From the NCBI GenBank assembly GCA_026026165.1, contig JAPEUD010000058.1, positions 124,001-159,842 on the forward strand: DNA of 35,842 nt. The letters run 5' to 3'. The notes beneath the pieces are model-generated. The model was not told where the DNA came from. It worked only from the letters and a program-made list of their open reading frames with translations, and made no database searches. How positions within the stretch are numbered: the stretch's first letter is position 1; every line of letters starts with the position of its first letter. This document shows positions 25,601 to 35,600 of this stretch, one piece after another. This DNA comes from Sarea resinae. Lineage: Eukaryota. Position numbers and translations under genes: made by a program.

Positions 25601-26648
25601 GCTTCCTTTTGCTCCTCTATCAGCCTGATATCTAACGTCGAGTCTGCGGGCATTTTAGCCAACGTTAGATCCATGATTGGTGGCGTAGGCCGACATATGC
25701 TATGCATAATTGTCGCATCACTGTAGGGATCCTCAAGGCATGTTGGAGTGTGCGCGTTATCTTCGCGCATATAACAGTGCATGAACGAAATTCGACGTTG
25801 TAGCGGTTTCGAATATGCACTCGCGGAAACATCTTTCAGTTGCATGATTGACTCGTATCGATGCTCGACAAGATGTTGTTCGATCCATGGTACTAGTGGG
25901 ACAAAAACGTGGGGACGATCAGAATGCCTGTGCCAGTGAGGATCCCTCTCACTTACCTATAGGCCCACTCCTAGTCTATCCCAGTATTGGTCGGTCATGC
26001 AGAGCACACAGGACCGGCCAGTTCCTCACTTCAACTCTCTGCTTCTCCCCGACGCATCACCCTTGAGCGGTAGGTGGTTACTTGTCACTGGTATAAGTTC
26101 GCTACTGGGGACCACCACTCCTGCAATCGACTTGAAGCCCAAGATTCTCATAAGGAGATATTGTCGTGTACGAAAACGTGAGCTTGTACGCTCTGTACGA
26201 TCGCTAGCACCTGCTTGAGAGTCCCAAGTCCGCCCTCTGCCACGCTCCCGTTGCGCACAACAGTACCCGTATACGTGTTGAAGCCGATTGTCATCTCAGG
26301 CCTGAGTCCGGTGCCACTCAGCCAGCGATTGATTTGTAGAGCAATACCTACCTCCCTGATGTAGCAATTACTCTTGGGACTTCCCATACGGTGGCACAAG
26401 CAGGACCGTACAAAGCGTGCTCTTCTTGGAGTCCATCAGCATCTCGCTCGAAGATGGTCAAGATGATCGCCCTTGCTCTGCCGCGTCCGTCGGCGCTTTT
26501 TCACCGACATCTGCGCGTTTTACACACCAAAGCACGTCGACCCCATTCCACGTCGAGTCCAAGGTCCAGCATCAACCTCCCAGCGGCCCGCAGTCCGGGA
26601 GTCCACAAGCTCGATGTTTATCCGGAGACGCTCAACTTGACCATCAAT

Positions 26649-27683
26649 ATGGCACCGACCGTGCAGCGCCCCCCGATCAAGATCGTCGCGCTGGATACGC
26701 TCTACTGCCCCATACCACGATTGGAACTGCCCTCCCCGCACACGTGCGAGCTTCGGGAGTATCCGAGTACCAGAACGGACCAGATCGCCGAGCGGATCCG
26801 TGACGCCGACGTGGTCGTCTGCACGGGGGTACGTCTCTCGAGCGACGTGCTGGCCCCGGCCGTCAGCCCGAAGCTGAAGATGATCGCCGTCGTTGCAGCA
26901 GGGACCGACCACATCGACAAGGCGGCCTGCAAAGCACGTGGGATCCACGTCGCCAACTCGCCGGCGTGTAATCCCGTCGCCGTCGCCGAGCACACCCTCG
27001 GTCTGTATTTCGCCGTCCGTCGCTCCATTGCCCTGTCGAACACGTTAGTGCGGGCTGGGGAGTGGTCCAAGCACGGACGCCACCCGACGGCGATCCTCGA
27101 GCGGTTCAAGGGACCCGACGGCCGGGCCCCCCGAACCTGCGCCCAGGAAGTCGTTGGCATCGTCGGCTACGGTGCCGTCGGGAAGCAGATCGCTGCCCAC
27201 GCCGCGGCTCTGGGCATGCGAGTGCTCCTGTCCGCGCGAAAGGGTGCTCCTGCCGCCGCAGCAGCGGCCGGGGTGGCCGCGCGCGTACCCTTTGAAACGG
27301 TTCTTCGCACGGCGTCCGTCGTGGTCCTGGCGGTGCCACGCGAGCCCGAGACAATGCAGCTGCTCTCGCATGCCGAGCTCGCCCTCATGCCTCCTCATGC
27401 ACTACTGATCAACGTCTCGCGCGGGGGTGTCGTCGACGAGGAAGCTTTGATCGCGGCGCTCAAGACGAAACGCATTGCGGGGGCGGCTACGGACGTTTTC
27501 GTGCACGAGCCTGCGGGCCCCGAGAACAGCGTGTTGCTAGGCCCTGGGACGGCGGACCTGAATTTGGTTGTCACGCCGCACTGTGCGTGGTTTACAGAAG
27601 ATACTCGCGTTAATTTCATGATATGTCTCCAGGAGAACCTGGCGAGCTGGGTGCAAGGTCAGCTAATTAATTCTGTTCTCTAG
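26649..27683 (+). CDS. D-isomer-specific 2-hydroxyacid dehydrogenase (glycerate dehydrogenase-like)
   Basis: Motifs: AGTDHID, VAEHT, GIVGYGAVG (Rossmann), LINVSRG (Arg), DVFVHEP (Glu) and TPHCAW (His). The likely start is MAPTVQRPP at 26649. Confidence 0.9.
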   Translation: MAPTVQRPPIKIVALDTLYCPIPRLELPSPHTCELREYPSTRTDQIAERIRDADVVVCTGVRLSSDVLAPAVSPKLKMIAVVAAGTDHIDKAACKARGIHVANSPACNPVAVAEHTLGLYFAVRRSIALSNTLVRAGEWSKHGRHPTAILERFKGPDGRAPRTCAQEVVGIVGYGAVGKQIAAHAAALGMRVLLSARKGAPAAAAAAGVAARVPFETVLRTASVVVLAVPREPETMQLLSHAELALMPPHALLINVSRGGVVDEEALIAALKTKRIAGAATDVFVHEPAGPENSVLLGPGTADLNLVVTPHCAWFTEDTRVNFMICLQENLASWVQGQLINSVL

Positions 27684-27845
27684 ACTCTTGTTCTAGCGAT
27701 CTATTGACTTTATATTTCTTACTGATCTAGTAAGTGTTGTTATATAAGGACGAAATTATTTATCTATACTACTATATAATAGCTTTCTGTTTTTAAAGGT
27801 CTTATATAATTAGTTAAACCTATATAATAAGACCTAATATATAGA

Positions 27846-28097
27846 GGATATAGGTTAGGATTAGAAGTTTTTATAGTTAGTTAGGATTTTCTAACTATAA
27901 TAACTCTATAACTACACATTATATAGAGATAATTCTAAGACAAGTTCTATTTTAATTTAACTGTTTTAAATATCTATTACATTATTATATAATTATTTAT
28001 TATATATAATAAGATACACTAGTGTAAGTGTAAAGAAGCTAATTCTATAAGTTTCTTAGAGTAGAAGGTAGCTATATATAGTTTCTTACTTATATTT
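27846..28097 (+). repeat. 252-bp direct repeat, copy 1
   Basis: ggatataggttaggattagaagttttt...gtagaaggtagctatatatagtttct(t/c)acttatattt aligns without gaps to 29578-29829. Confidence 0.9.
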
Positions 28098-29577
28098 TAT
28101 TAGACTACCTTTTAGACTTCTAGCTATAGTAGAGTAGGTAGAAATAGCACAATTAAATAGGCTAGTGTATTGCAACGTGCTAGCGTTACTCTAGTAATAT
28201 AGAACTAATACTATAGATATAGATATTACTAGTAGGCACTAACTTTATAATTACACTAAACGCTATAGAGAGATAAAATAGACGCACTAAATTAGTGCTA
28301 ATAAGTAAATATCTAGATAGTCTTAATAATACTAAGTGTAGTTATTAAGCTAGTTAGAGGACTATATATTAACCTACTACTAAGTAATAGAGAATAAAGA
28401 AGTGTGTGTAGTAGAGTAGAAAGATAAGGTTCTAGTTATAAATAGAAGTAATAAGTTTTTTAATAGCTTAAACTAAACTTCTTAAAATATAATAGTCTGA
28501 CTAAACTAAACTAAAGAACTAAACTATATAAATAAATAACCTCTCTAGTATAAATCCTTCTATCTATTACTAAATTAACTCCTTTACTAAAGAACACCTA
28601 TATAACTACTAACTAAGCTAAACCTAACTAATTTAACCTATAACATTATTCCTCTCTATAAACTAAAAGTTAGCCCTTAACTTTTACTATTATTATTATT
28701 ATTTTTATTAAAGTGTATAGCTCTTATCTTAGAAGACTATTAAACACGCTTTAGATCTAGTATATTATCTAAGTCTAACTTAGCTCTCTTATTTTAGTTC
28801 TCTTCTAGTTCTTCTTCTAATAGTATAGTTATAGCTAATTGCTAGAGAGTAACATTAAGTTCTATTTCTTTAGCGCCTCTTATTATCTATTAAACAGTCT
28901 TATTATAGATATCTTTTTTTATAGGAAGTAAAGTAAAAGCAGTTTTAGAGATTTCTACTAGTTATAGTGTGACACAACATAGGACTAAGCTACTAAACTA
29001 AGGAGGACTAGTTATTATAGTAAATAAAGTAGGATAAATAGTTAGAGATATAACTATAGTTAGAGAGAGTATTACAGTTAGTTCTGTAGATTACTACTAA
29101 GTATCTCTAGCTTTATAGATAGCCTATACAACTTTGTTAAATAGAGTCTGCTTTATTAACAGAGATTTAAAGAGTAAGTAAGAAAGCGATTTTATAGCTA
29201 GAGTAATAGAGAAACTTCTAGATAGTCTAGCTATTTCTTTAGCAGATTTATTACTATTATATTTAAAGTTAAATAGCTTAGGATCCTTATTATCACTAAT
29301 AACAATTATATTATAGTCCTAGGCCTAAAAGAAAGATTTTTAGCTATAGATATATCGCTTCTCTTTTTTAACTAAGGCCTAGCTTTTCTTAATTATTTTT
29401 ATAGCTGTCTTATACTAGTCCTTAATAAATTTATATAGCTTTTATACTTTACTTCTTAAGATAATATCTTATTCTTTAATAACTATAAGGTTATTCTATT
29501 AGCGTTGTCTTATAAGTGTATCTAATAATACACCTAATCCTATTACTATTACACTAGCTAGAAACTATATATATATA

Positions 29578-29829
29578 GGATATAGGTTAGGATTAGAAGT
29601 TTTTACAGTTAGTTAGGATTTTCTAACTATAATAACTCTATAACTATACATTATATAGAGATAATTTTGTAATAAGTTTTATTCTAATTTAATAACTCTA
29701 AAGATCTATTCTATTATTATATAATTATTTGTTATATATAATAAGATACACTAGTATAAGTGTAAAGAAGCTAATTCTATAAGTTTCTTAGAGTAGAAGG
29801 TAGCTATATATAGTTTCTCACTTATATTT
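29578..29829 (+). repeat. 252-bp direct repeat, copy 2
   Basis: Same length and sequence as 27846-28097, with scattered substitutions. Confidence 0.9.
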
Positions 29830-29934
29830 CTTATTTAGTTTTCTCTTTAGTTGCTTATATTTCCTATTTAGTTTTCTCTCTAGTCGCTTATATTTCCTAT
29901 TTTGTTTTCTCTCTAGTCGCTTATATTTCTTATT
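29821..29934. repeat. 33-bp tandem repeat x~3.5 (CTTATATTTCCTATTTAGTTTTCTCTCTAGTCG)
   Basis: Units start at 29821, 29854, 29887 and 29920. Confidence 0.9.
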
Positions 29935-30080
29935 ATTTACCCTTAAATCCTAAGTCTAATCTAAACTAATTCTTTTTAACTAGGATCTATATTCTTATAG
30001 CATCTAATACACTATACCTTCTTAATATAGACGCTCTAAGAAATATAATACTAAAGAGAAGCTATAGGCTGCCTATCTAC

Positions 30081-30600
30081 ATTGCAGCAAGTAAAGACAC
30101 TGTCTTCTTACTAATCTTTACCTCTTTAAGGCATTAAACTAAGCCTAAGCAAGAATCAACAGTGTTTTCTTAACAGTGTTTTTGCGCCTGTCGAAAAACG
30201 CTCTCTGCCTACTAACCTAACTACCTTAATAGCTGCCTTAATCCTTGCCTACACGCCTGCCCTTTGTTTATTCAATCGCTAGCCTACTAGCGTTGATTTC
30301 CTACCCTTAGGGTTGCTCTATCCCTATCCCTAACTGCATTGCACTAGCTGAAGACACTGTCTTCTCGCCGATTTTCGCCAATCTTCGCCTCTTCAAGGCA
30401 TCGAACCGAGCCCAAGCGAGAATAAGCGAGAATCGACGGTGTTTTCTCGACAGTGTTTTTGCGCCTGTCGAAAAACGCCCTCTGCCTACTGACCTAACCA
30501 CCTTAATAGCTGCCTCAATCCTCGCCCGCGCGCCCGCCCTCTGTTCGTTCGATCGCCGGCCTGCCAGCGTCGATTTCCCACCCTTAGGGTTGCCCTGTCC
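30081..30600 (+). repeat. Tandem ~255-bp duplication upstream of the TLH gene; each unit ends in ACCCTTAGGGTTG
   Basis: Copy 1 is ~30081-30325 and copy 2 is ~30338-30600. They share ATTGCA...AAGACACTGTCTTC...GTGTTTTTGCGCCTGTCGAAAAACG...CCCTTAGGGTTG. Copy 1 differs mainly by C>T and G>A changes. Confidence 0.9.
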
Positions 30601-30884
30601 CTTAGGGTTACTTAGGGTTCAAGGTATTAAGAGGTGATTGCGGCTAGCTAAGGCAGACTAACAGCGCACTTCGCCTCTAGCGCCTGCGCAGCGCTTAAAG
30701 GAAAGGAGAAGGCTTGCTTGCGTCTGATCTACTAGCCGCTGTTTAAAGATTTTAAAAAACTTCTAGACAGTCTAGAAGAAAAAGCTCTCTCTATATATAT
30801 ACACTGCGCCTGCCTAGCCTGCTAGCTATTTGGCTAGCCTGGCCGGCGAAATCCACTAGGAGAGTTCGAGCGTCACTTAGGGTT
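30304..30884 (+). repeat. Dispersed telomere-like (C)TTAGGGT(T) motifs
   Basis: CTTAGGGTT occurs at ~30306, 30583, 30601, 30611 and 30876. CCCTAA occurs at 30328. Confidence 0.7.
30737..30884 (+). repeat. Left copy of a ~150-bp imperfect direct repeat flanking the TLH ORF
   Basis: CGCTGTT...AAACTTCTAGACAGTCTAGAAGAAAA...CTCTCT...GCCTGCTAGCTATTTGGCTAGCCTGGCCGGC...TAGGGTT; colinear with 35601-35758. Confidence 0.7.
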
Positions 30885-30924
30885 AAAGAAGGAGGGTTAA
30901 GAGGTTATTACAGTGAGCTAAGGC

Positions 30925-33900
30925 ATGCCAACTACGCACTTCGCCTGCAGCGGCGCCGCCGCCGCCCTTGATGACTGGCAGCGGCAGCTGCAGCAGGCGG
31001 CGCAAGAACAAGAGCAATAAGAGCAGCAAGAGGAGCAAGAGGAGCAAGAGGAGTAGCAAGAGAGATTAGGATCAAGATTAAGATCAGGATCGCGATCGTC
31101 ATTATTCCACTATGAGCCAAACTATCAGGTCCTAATCTGCTGTCAACATGGCTACGCCCTTCGAAATATAGACCGCCACTTAAAGGACAGTCATGCGATG
31201 CTGGCTAAGGAGCGACATCTGCTTAGAGCGCAGTATTAAGGCTGCAGCCTACTTGATCCGCATGCCGTGCCTTTGCCACCGCCGAATTGCCCTGCATTTC
31301 CCGCTCTAGGGGCACCCACTGACAGCTTTACCTGTCGAGACTGTAGTTTTAGCACAGCGAATCGCCAGATCATGCAGAAGCACAGCAATAAGCAGCACGC
31401 CTAGTCCGCCGATCGAGAGGAGGAAGAAGAAGAGGACTCGCCGAATTGGCAGCTGGTTCTAGTGCAGACCTTCTTCACTAGCAGGCTGCAGCGATATTTT
31501 CCGGTGCGGCTAGCGGAAAAGGAGCACGCAGAGAGGAGCTACAATGATAATCGGCTAGGCGAAGCAGCCTCTGACGACCTAGCTAGTCAGATCCAGCGCG
31601 AGTTCAATGCTTAGCAGGCCGCGCACAAGCAGAGTCAGGCCTTGACTAAGAGCGAGGTGCAGAAGACCGATCGCACTGGCTAGTTCAGTCGCACCAGCTG
31701 GCTGGCCCACCTGCGCCGCCAGAATATAGCTCACCTTCTCTACGCTAGCGAGCTCTCTAACCAGCGACTTAGGCGGCCGCGGCGGCAGCGGCAGCGGCAG
31801 GATTTAGACCAGATCCTTAGCCAGGCCGCTAAGGTCACCTGACTGATAATCGAGCGCTGTGTGGCTAGGCTAGCTACCTTACCGCTCGAGCTCTGCCGCT
31901 GGCTGCGCAGCGAGAAGCGCACTAAGGTGCACCTGAAGCTATTAGGTCGGCTGCAGACCGCGGAGGCTCAGGTGCGCTATGCTAACTATTGGGCGCGTCT
32001 GATCTGCTATTGCCTGCGCGTCTTCGCCTACCGCACCTTCGCTGCCCACGCACCTGACGCGCGGCTGAAGGATGCCGACGAATTGCTGCATCTGACTGCA
32101 GAGCAGAACGAGCGCTTGCAGGCTGTCTAGGAGTCGCTCGAGCTTGATAGCGACGAGGCCCTGCAGGTCGACTAAGTGCTAGCCTTCTTGCAGGCGCTTA
32201 TCTTTGACCCACTACTAGTAGACCCCTTTGACAGCGCGCTGGTCCACTTCCTCGCTGTGCTCAGCATCGACCCCCTCACTGAGCGGCTGCACACAGCGAC
32301 AAGCTACTCCTACTAGCTAGCCAGGGTAGTCTACTGCATGCAGGTGATCAGGGTCGAGGTGCTGCTGCCAGCGGCCGCGCAGGAGCGGCAGGGCCAGGCT
32401 AAGCAGAAGCGCTTCCTAGGGCAGCGCAAGATATTCCTAGCCGACAGCTCGCTGACCCTAATAAGCACGATAATCAGCCTGCTCGCATACGCTAAGTACA
32501 TCGGCTAGCAGCAGCCAAGCACAGCGACGACGAACTAGGCCTAGGATGCTTAGTCGCTGCGCTTCTGCAGCAAGCTGATTGTGATCGCCTACTTCTAGCA
32601 GATAGCGCACCAGGCGATCAAGGCTGCTGAGGCCATCCTCTAGCCTAAGCTGATGTGGTGCCGCGAACCAGGCGACCGCTTCACTGTCGACCTAGCTGGC
32701 ATCAAGGACGACATAGCGTTCACGCAGCAGAATTAGTCCTTCCTTAGCAATCCGGCGAACCAGCTCGATTAGGGGCTCTCCTTGATAGTGGCGCGCGTCG
32801 CCTGCACAGCTCGATACTTCTAGACAGTCTAGAAGAAAGAAAGGAGAGAAGACAAAAAACCGCTCTGACAGCGCAACAGCACTAGCTAGGAACCAGGCCT
32901 GGTCAGGGACTACTGCTAGCGCGTGCAGGCCTTTCTCAAGCTGCTACTCTTTAGCTGCTATGTGACTAGGGGCTAGCCCAGCCGCGGCACTAAGGAGTTG
33001 TCAGTGCGCTATCGCAACAGCCTGCTGCAGGATCGCAATGTCTACGTGGTGGATAGATCAGTCGTGCTAGTAACCTGCTACTATAAGAGCTAGGCCTAGT
33101 ACAATACCCTGAAGGTGGTGCCGCGCTTCCTGCTGTAGCGAGTCGGCCAGCTCATAGTCGTCTACCTAGCCTACGTGCGGCCGTTCTACAGCCACCTGCA
33201 GACCGCGGTTGGCTTAGGGGGCAGGCTTGACAATGAATTTATCTGGGGCACAGCCAAAGGGCAGCCGTGGCTGACAGAGCGGCTGACCTAGGTCCTTAGC
33301 CGCGAGACGTCCACGCGGTTGAAATGTCGGCTGACCACGTAGGACTATCGACATGTGGCGATCACGATCGGCTGGAAATTCGTGGGCAAGGAATTCGCCG
33401 CCAGCGAGGGGCGAGCGCTGCATCGTAGGGACAAGGCTAAGGATGTAGAGGAGCTGCAGCTCGAGCAGGAGGACGAACTCGAGCTGCAGACCAGGCACAC
33501 CACCGCTATCAGGCAAATTCGATATGGCGTTTCTAGGGATATCGTCTGGAATCTCAGCGCGCGCTCTCTCAACGCGTTTAGCTAAGTGAGTCAGGCGTGG
33601 CACGCATTCCTACAGCTTGATAGTGGCAGCAGCCCGGCTAGTGCAGCGCAGCAGAGCGAGTCCCAGCCTGAGCTTAAGGGAAAGCCGAAGCGCAAGCAGG
33701 AAGCAGAGGAGGAGCAGCTGCTAGAGGAGGAGCAAGAGGAGAGAGAAGAAACAAGAGTTCTAGTGATAGGCTGTGGCTGCCGCAAGCGGTTTCGGCTGCT
33801 AGAGGATGATAATAGTTCGAGGCAAGAGATTGACGTCGACTTAGAGGAGGTTGTTACTAGCATGCAGCAATTGCTAGGGTTAAGTCGAGTGGAGTTTAAG

Positions 33901-35586
33901 TCAGCAGAGCAGCGCGTGGCATTGCAAGCGATCTTGCGACATAAGACGCTGACTGTAGTAGTGCTGCCTACTAGAGGCAGGAAGAGCCTGCTGTTTATGC
34001 TGCCGGCTTAGCTCAAGCAACAGCGGCAGGAGAAAGGGCTGCAAGGGCCGCTAGTGACGGTGGTAGTAGTGCCGTTCCGCGCCCTAGTGAACGATCTAGT
34101 CAGCCGATTGCAGCGGGTCGGCATTAACAGTCTCGAGTAGAGGCACAGCGATAGCAGCTTCGCTGCAGTGGTAGTGGTCAGCGCTAATCTCGCTAGTAGG
34201 TTAGGTTTCTTGACGTACGCTACAGCGCTGCAGCGGCACAGTCTGCTGCAGCAGATCGTCGTGGACGAGTGTCACCTGACGTTCACAGCTAACTATTACC
34301 GGCCGCGGCTCAACGATCTCAAGCATCTGCAGACAATGATGTGCCTAATAATACTACTGACCGCGACATTGCTGCCCGCTCTAGAGCGGGAGCTAGCTGA
34401 CAGCATGCTGATGCCAGTGGCGCGCTGCATTCGCGCTCGCACGATCCGGCCGCGCACCCGCTATCTAGTAGTGCGGTGCGAAGATAGCTAGCTGCTTGAG
34501 AGCGCGGCGCACCTCTGTCGACAGCAGCTGCAGCAGCGACTGCGGCGGCAAGGGAAAGGGGTGATCTACTGCCGAACCTAGGCGGCGTGCGAGGCCTTGG
34601 CTGAGACTCTACAGTGCAGCCACTATCACTCGACATCAGAGGAGAAGGAGCGCCAGCTTAGGCGGTAGATGTCTAAAGGGGGCTAGATTGTCGCCACTGG
34701 CGCGCTCAGCACCAGGGTCGACTACAGCGGGATCTTAATAACGCTGCACGTTAGGGTGCTGTATAGCATGATCGACTTCGCGCAGGAGTCGGGCCGGGCC
34801 AGGCGCGCTAGCAAGGACGTGGATGCTGTCGTGCTTGTAGAGGCCAGCTAGCTCACAGCGGCGGCTGTCGTGGAGCGTACTGTCGACCAGCAGGCGATGT
34901 GGGAATTTATCACCACTTAGGGCTGCTAGCGGCAGATTATAAGCGGCTACCTTGACAGAAAGGGGGTGCAGTGTAGCGAGGTCGACCAAGGCACGGCGGC
35001 GCGGTGCGATCGATGCAGCGAGGGCCTAACTAAGTGGCAGACCTGCGAGGCCAAAGCAGAGCGGCAGCAGGCTGTCGTTAAGCAGGCACTCAACTAGCTC
35101 GAAGGGCAGTGCGCTGTCTGCTAGGTGGCCGAGGGGCTCAAGGAAGGGGCTAGGCAGGCGGAGCAGTGGGAGCATGGCTAGCACTAATGCCTGCAGCAGG
35201 GTGCGCTTAGCAAGCAGGCTGTCAATAGCTTCTGACAGAAAATCTGGTTCTAAAAGGACTTAGAGGAGAAGACCCACAGCTGCTTTCGATGCGGCATTAG
35301 TCAGCGGTATTGCCGCACTAGAGTTGACACTCAGGCCAGCTGTTAGTGGCTGAATCGACTGGTGCCAATCGTGCGCACCGCTGCAGCCGACGCGGCAGCC
35401 AGCGCGAGAGAGTAGGAGCTGATCAGCAGGGCCAGATTTCTCGGCCAGCGAGGCGACCTCGAAGGATACAGCAAGTGGCTTAGGCAACGGCACATCTGGC
35501 CAGTGTAGGGAGAGTGGGTCAGCAACGCTATAGTGGTGATAATCAAAGTGATCCTGCACCTTTAGCGAGAGCTTGAGCGAGCCTAG
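30925..35586 (+). pseudogene. RIP-inactivated telomere-linked helicase (TLH)-type gene: DUF3505-like Zn region, tyrosine-recombinase-like central domain, RecQ-family DECH helicase, Cys-rich C-terminus
   Basis: One frame (+1) from the ATG at 30925, with many TAG/TAA stops. It reads LFHYEPNYQVLICCQHGYALRNIDRHLKDSH; CRDC...HSNKQH; VQTFF; G*PSRGTKELSVRYRN; KVVPRFL; YLAYVRPF; YRHVAI; LPTRGRKS (motif I, G>R); VDECH (34261); LTATL; IYCRT; YHS; ATGALSTRVD; QESGRARR; and C*RQIISGYLD...CDRC. The true stop is 35565 or 35586. Confidence 0.88.
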
Positions 35587-35600
35587 ACGTCGCTTGATAT

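Larger units (their letters stand above)
27690..30080. mobile_element. Heavily RIP-mutated AT-rich repeat/transposon relic; family not assignable
   Basis: Abrupt switch to very AT-rich, TpA-rich and CpA/TpG/CpG-poor DNA. It contains internal direct and tandem repeats and a stop-riddled remnant frame on the minus strand (~29100-29520). Confidence 0.75.

Noticed and set aside
26391..26648. 86-aa N-terminal extension of the dehydrogenase ORF
   Set aside because: The ORF is called from a GTG and the extension is low-complexity. Family-like sequence starts near the ATG at 26649. An upstream in-frame ATG giving a targeting peptide cannot be excluded.
29821..29934. CRISPR-like array
   Set aside because: Contiguous tandem units with no unique spacers, in eukaryotic DNA.
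30581..30620. True telomere tract
   Set aside because: Only isolated, interrupted TTAGGG units, with sequence continuing for more than 5 kb.
30925..35586. Starship captain (DUF3435) assignment, with the cluster as cargo
   Set aside because: The architecture is DUF3505-like plus RecQ (TLH type), not a stand-alone captain. The flanking repeats enclose only this ORF, and nothing links them to the cluster.
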